Assembly (NCBI GenBank): GCA_963797935.1
Contig: CAWCRI010000016.1
Location: 19,720-83,719 of the forward strand
Origin: Vulcanimicrobiota bacterium
GTDB lineage: Bacteria > Vulcanimicrobiota > Vulcanimicrobiia > Vulcanimicrobiales > Vulcanimicrobiaceae
Direction: 5' to 3'
DNA: 64,000 nt
Part shown: positions 60,594-64,000 of the stretch, in pieces
Position numbering within the stretch: position 1 is the first letter of the stretch
Layout: every line of letters starts with the position of its first letter
Translations under genes and position numbers: made by a program
Notes under the pieces: generated by a model
The model's input: only the letters and a program-made list of their open reading frames with translations
Databases searched by the model: none
Told to the model about the DNA's origin: nothing

Positions 60594-60708
60594 CCGTGAA
60601 CCGGTCCCATGACGAGCTCGCCGCGCGTTCGAACCGCGCGACGCGTACACCGACGCCCTCACCCGAAGCGGATCACCGGCGGACGTCTGCCGGAGCCGTG
60701 TATGGGGA

Positions 60709-60735
60709 GTATCGGCCGCGCGTCAACTTTTCGTA
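60709..60735 (-). promoter_or_regulatory. Possible sigma28-type promoter
   Basis: Minus strand TACG-N15-GCCGATAC. Confidence 0.4.
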
Positions 60736-60738
60736 AGC

Positions 60739-62019
60739 CTACCCCGCGCGGCCCAAGATCGTCAGGGTCCCCATCCACAAGCCCAGGCCCACGCAGATCA
60801 CGCCGACGCCCACCACGACGATGTTGCCGAGCGCCGAGTTCACCCGGTCGCCGAGGATCTTCTTGTCGTTGGACATGACCACCAAGAAGCCGAGCACGAT
60901 CGGCAGCACGAACGCGTTGAACGCCTCGACCCACACGGTGATGCGGATCAGCGGCAGGTGCGGGATCAGCACGATCCCGGCCGAGACGATCACCATCGCC
61001 GCGTACATCCCGTAGAAGCGCTTCGCGTCGTAGCAGGCGGCGTTGAGCGAGCAGCGCCACGCGAACGCCTCGCCGAACGCCCAGGCCGTCGCGAGCGACA
61101 CGACCAGCGCGCCGATGAGCGCGGCCCCCAGCAGACCCGCGCCGAACGCGATCCCGGCGAGCTTCGAGCCGGTCAGCGGGACCAGCGCCAGCGCGGCGTG
61201 CGCGGCGTCGGAGACGGTCTGGTGGTGCACGAACAGCGTCGCCGCGCACGTCACCACGATCGCGACCATGATGATTTGCGTGAGCACGGCGCCGAACGCT
61301 GTGTCGACCCGCGCGAGGTTGAGATCCTTGGGCCGCAGCCCTTTGTCGACCGTCGCCGACTGCTGGTAGAAGATCATCCAAGGCATGATGACCGCGCCGA
61401 TGTTGCCGGCGACGAGCAGCAGGTAGTCGCGGTTGCCCAGCGGCTGGCTGCCGAGCAGCCCTTCGCGCAGCAGCGCGGCGGGATCGGGGTGCGCGGCGAA
61501 CGCGGCCGGGATGAACAGCAGCTCCAGCAGACACAGGCCCAGCGCGAAGATCTCGGCGCGCTTGTAGCGGCCGCTGAATGCGATCCCGACCAGCAGCGTC
61601 GCCGACACGACGATCATCGGCAGCACGGGCACGCCAAAGACCAGCGCGGCGCCCGCGATCCCGATGAACTCGGTGACGAGCGCCGCCAGGTTGGTGAGCA
61701 GCATCGTCCCCAGCGAGACCCACGTCCAGGCCAGCCCGTAGTGCTCGCGGATGAGCTGCGCGTGCCCCTTGCCGGTCACCGTCCCCAGCCGCACGGTCAT
61801 CTCCTGGATGACGAAGAGCGGGACGATGAGGAGCACCTGCAGCAGCACGAGCTTCATCCCGAACTGCGCGCCCGACGTCGCCGCGGTGGTGACGCTGCCC
61901 GCCTCGGTATCGGCGAAGGCGACGATCAGGCCGGGGCCGGCGACCGCGAGGTAGCGCCAGAGGCGTCCGCGACCGCGGGCGACCGAGGTCGGTTGGGGGG
62001 TTGCGTGGGCCGCGGCCAT
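60739..62019 (-). CDS. NRAMP family divalent metal transporter
   Basis: GPGLIV..ADTEAG, QEMTVRLG.VTGKG and GAVIMPWMIFYQQS. Confidence 0.9.
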   Translation of the reverse strand: MAAAHATPQPTSVARGRGRLWRYLAVAGPGLIVAFADTEAGSVTTAATSGAQFGMKLVLLQVLLIVPLFVIQEMTVRLGTVTGKGHAQLIREHYGLAWTWVSLGTMLLTNLAALVTEFIGIAGAALVFGVPVLPMIVVSATLLVGIAFSGRYKRAEIFALGLCLLELLFIPAAFAAHPDPAALLREGLLGSQPLGNRDYLLLVAGNIGAVIMPWMIFYQQSATVDKGLRPKDLNLARVDTAFGAVLTQIIMVAIVVTCAATLFVHHQTVSDAAHAALALVPLTGSKLAGIAFGAGLLGAALIGALVVSLATAWAFGEAFAWRCSLNAACYDAKRFYGMYAAMVIVSAGIVLIPHLPLIRITVWVEAFNAFVLPIVLGFLVVMSNDKKILGDRVNSALGNIVVVGVGVICVGLGLWMGTLTILGRAG

Positions 62020-62153
62020 CGTCGCTCCGAAGCGTGTGAGGAAAGCCTAACTATCGCCATAGGAGCGCCGAAGTCCCGCCGCCAGTTTTAGCGTGCCGAA
62101 ACCGTAGCGCTCGTCCTGCACGGAACCCGCCGGGTCGCGTCGAAGCAAGCGGG

Positions 62154-62924
62154 GTGCTCGCATACGTCGCTCTCGGTGCGCTTCTGCTGGGCGTCGCGTC
62201 CCCGGTTCCCGTCCCCAAGCCGACGCCGACCAACCCGTTCAACCTCGATCCGATCCCGCAGGCGACAACGCTTCCGGTGATCGGGACGGTGAAGTCGAAA
62301 CCCGTCTGCACGGCCATTCGGCGCGCGATCGCGCCCGCCGTCGCGGCGGCGCTCAAGAACGATCGCACGTACGGCGGCTTGCGCAAGCGCATCTTCGACT
62401 ACGTCGTGAAAGACTCGAACGAGGCGCGCGACCTGCACTTGATGCAGATGGATCACGAGGTCGACCTCATGGTGAAGAACGTCGACGCGCTCACCGAGGC
62501 CCTCAAGTCCTCTGCGCTCGACATCCCCGCGACGGCGAAGCCCGAGGACGCAAAGACGCTGCGCGATCTTCGTTCGACCCTGACCGGCGTGCTCGTCGCG
62601 CAGAAGGTCCAGCTCAACGCGATGAGCGGGTTCGTCGAGACCGAGCGCATGCGCCGCTTCGGCCAGCTCAGCGAGAGCGAGCTGAACATGCAGCGTTCGA
62701 ACATGCCCAACGTCGCGCCGGGCGGCGCGATGCAGACGCCGTACCCCGTGTCGGGATTCTTGCGCGATACGCAAACGACGTTCGATCCGCAGCACAAGAC
62801 GGTGAGCTCGCTCAACGACGCGCACTTGCTCGACCGCGATCTCGGCGACATCGCCGCGTTCACGACCAAGCACGAGGACGCGGCGTCCAAGGTGATCATC
62901 CCGGCGGCGAACAGTTGTAAGTAG
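62154..62924 (+). CDS. Secreted hypothetical helical protein
   Basis: Signal-like N-terminus and strong GC3 bias. Confidence 0.75.
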   Translation: MLAYVALGALLLGVASPVPVPKPTPTNPFNLDPIPQATTLPVIGTVKSKPVCTAIRRAIAPAVAAALKNDRTYGGLRKRIFDYVVKDSNEARDLHLMQMDHEVDLMVKNVDALTEALKSSALDIPATAKPEDAKTLRDLRSTLTGVLVAQKVQLNAMSGFVETERMRRFGQLSESELNMQRSNMPNVAPGGAMQTPYPVSGFLRDTQTTFDPQHKTVSSLNDAHLLDRDLGDIAAFTTKHEDAASKVIIPAANSCK

Positions 62925-62978
62925 CCGCGGCCGCGCCGCGAGGCCGAAGCCGACGACGCCCCGAAGGCTCTGATCCCG

Positions 62979-63548
62979 ATGGGGGTCCCGCGCAAGCCGA
63001 TCGAGCCGCCGACGCGCGAAGCGTCGGCGTTCCTCGAGCAGGCGATGGCCCAGTACGGCAAGGCGACGTACAACTTCGCCTACCGCTTGACCGGCAACGA
63101 GGCGGACGCTCGCGACTTGACCCAAGATGCGTTCATCCGCGTCTACCGCGCCTGGCGGTCCTTCCAACCGGGGACGTCGTTCCTCTCGTGGATCTACCGA
63201 ATCGTCACGAACTTGTATCGGGATGAACTTCGGCGCCGCAAAGGACGTTTCCAAGAAGAGATCCCGGAAGACAACGCCCCGCAGGAGTACGGTGGGCAAC
63301 GGCCATTGGCCGTCGACCCCATCGAGGACTACGTGGCGGGGCAGCTCGGAGAGCCGCTCGCCAAGGCGCTTGCTCAGCTTTCTCCCGAGCAGCGCCAAGT
63401 CGTGGTTCTCGCCGATATCGAGGAGTACAGCTACCAGGAGATAGCCGACATCATGGGATGTTCGATCGGAACGGTCCGGTCGCGGCTCCACCGAGCAAGA
63501 GCCCTTCTTCGCCGGTTGGTGACCCGGGCGCAACAGGAACAAAAATGA
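62979..63548 (+). CDS. ECF RNA polymerase sigma factor
   Basis: DARDLTQDAFIR, FLSWIYRI and SYQEIADIMGCSIGTVRSRLHRAR. Confidence 0.95.
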   Translation: MGVPRKPIEPPTREASAFLEQAMAQYGKATYNFAYRLTGNEADARDLTQDAFIRVYRAWRSFQPGTSFLSWIYRIVTNLYRDELRRRKGRFQEEIPEDNAPQEYGGQRPLAVDPIEDYVAGQLGEPLAKALAQLSPEQRQVVVLADIEEYSYQEIADIMGCSIGTVRSRLHRARALLRRLVTRAQQEQK

Positions 63549-64000
63549 CGACGCATTACGACCGCGAGACCCTCATCGACTACCTGCACGGCGCGCTGAC
63601 CCCATCAGCCGACGCCGGCGTTTTCGCGCACCTCGAATCGTGCACGGACTGCAACGCCCTCTACGACGAGGAAGCAGCGCTGGGCGAAGCGCTCCGCAGC
63701 GCGGCCCGGGCCGAGGAGCTGGAGTTGCCGTCGCTCGTGAAGGCGCGCGTCTGGGACGCCGTGCGCCACGAGAGTCCGTCGTGGACCCAGCGCCTGCTCT
63801 CGGGCTGGGGGCCGCGCATCGCGCTGCCCGTCGCGGCCGCCGCCGCGCTCGCGTTCTATCTCGTGCCGTTCGGCCATCACGATCAGCCCGTCGCAGCCGG
63901 CGTGAGCGCGAGCTATTTCCTCGACGCGCACAACGCGCAGGCGCAGCAGAACCCGTTCGGTCCGGGTGCCACACCGGCCGTCTACACCACCGACGCGCAG
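63545..64000 (+). CDS. zf-HC2 zinc-binding anti-sigma factor (runs off the window)
   Basis: ATGA overlap; LIDYLHGAL...AHLESCTDC (HxxxCxxC) followed by a TM segment. Confidence 0.9.
   Translation, partial: MTTHYDRETLIDYLHGALTPSADAGVFAHLESCTDCNALYDEEAALGEALRSAARAEELELPSLVKARVWDAVRHESPSWTQRLLSGWGPRIALPVAAAAALAFYLVPFGHHDQPVAAGVSASYFLDAHNAQAQQNPFGPGATPAVYTTDAQ

Noticed and set aside
55568-60599. Long antisense ORFs (55568-57925 minus, 58125-60599 plus; likewise 20834-22831, 46792-48861, 32719-34449)
   Set aside because: Shadow ORFs opposite clear genes, expected from high GC3 bias; no recognisable motifs.
62020-62110. M-box or yybP-ykoY riboswitch
   Set aside because: Short similar words occur (GCUAAAACU, GCUCCUAU, GUUAGG), but in the wrong order and in too short a leader.

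Overview
High-GC bacterial chromosomal window. The mix of Terrabacteria-type genes (spoVS, ymdB, DUF4127) and outer-membrane/TonB proteins suggests a diderm such as Ca. Eremiobacterota; this is inference only. Core content: a peptidoglycan-recycling operon (nagZ, serine hydrolase, anmK, murK-like kinase, murQ), mscL, a BrnT-like/RHH toxin-antitoxin pair, a BlaI/M56 module, PHB metabolism genes, tRNA-Asn, methionine salvage (mtnBDC), metK/ahcY, ymdB-spoVS-PHP, a TonB receptor, a PAS-GGDEF-EAL protein, an NRAMP transporter and an ECF sigma/anti-sigma pair. Most notable: (1) an unannotated 56-aa secreted peptide with a duplicated DGMSGPPS core, lying between a lux-box-like palindrome and a TPR-LuxR regulator (candidate new peptide-signalling cassette); (2) a second multi-core secreted peptide with three GxxxDP[N/D]G repeats, divergent from a secreted M3 oligopeptidase; (3) a peroxiredoxin with UGA at the catalytic Cys position and a SECIS-like hairpin; (4) about five genes that seem to start at near-cognate codons (ACG/ATC/CTG); (5) an RPPP-ending membrane ORF upstream of a TonB receptor. 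Four single-base insertions in housekeeping genes point to assembly errors, so single-base claims need read-level confirmation. No CRISPR array, rRNA or intact transposase was seen. Family assignments are from motif recognition by eye, not database searches.
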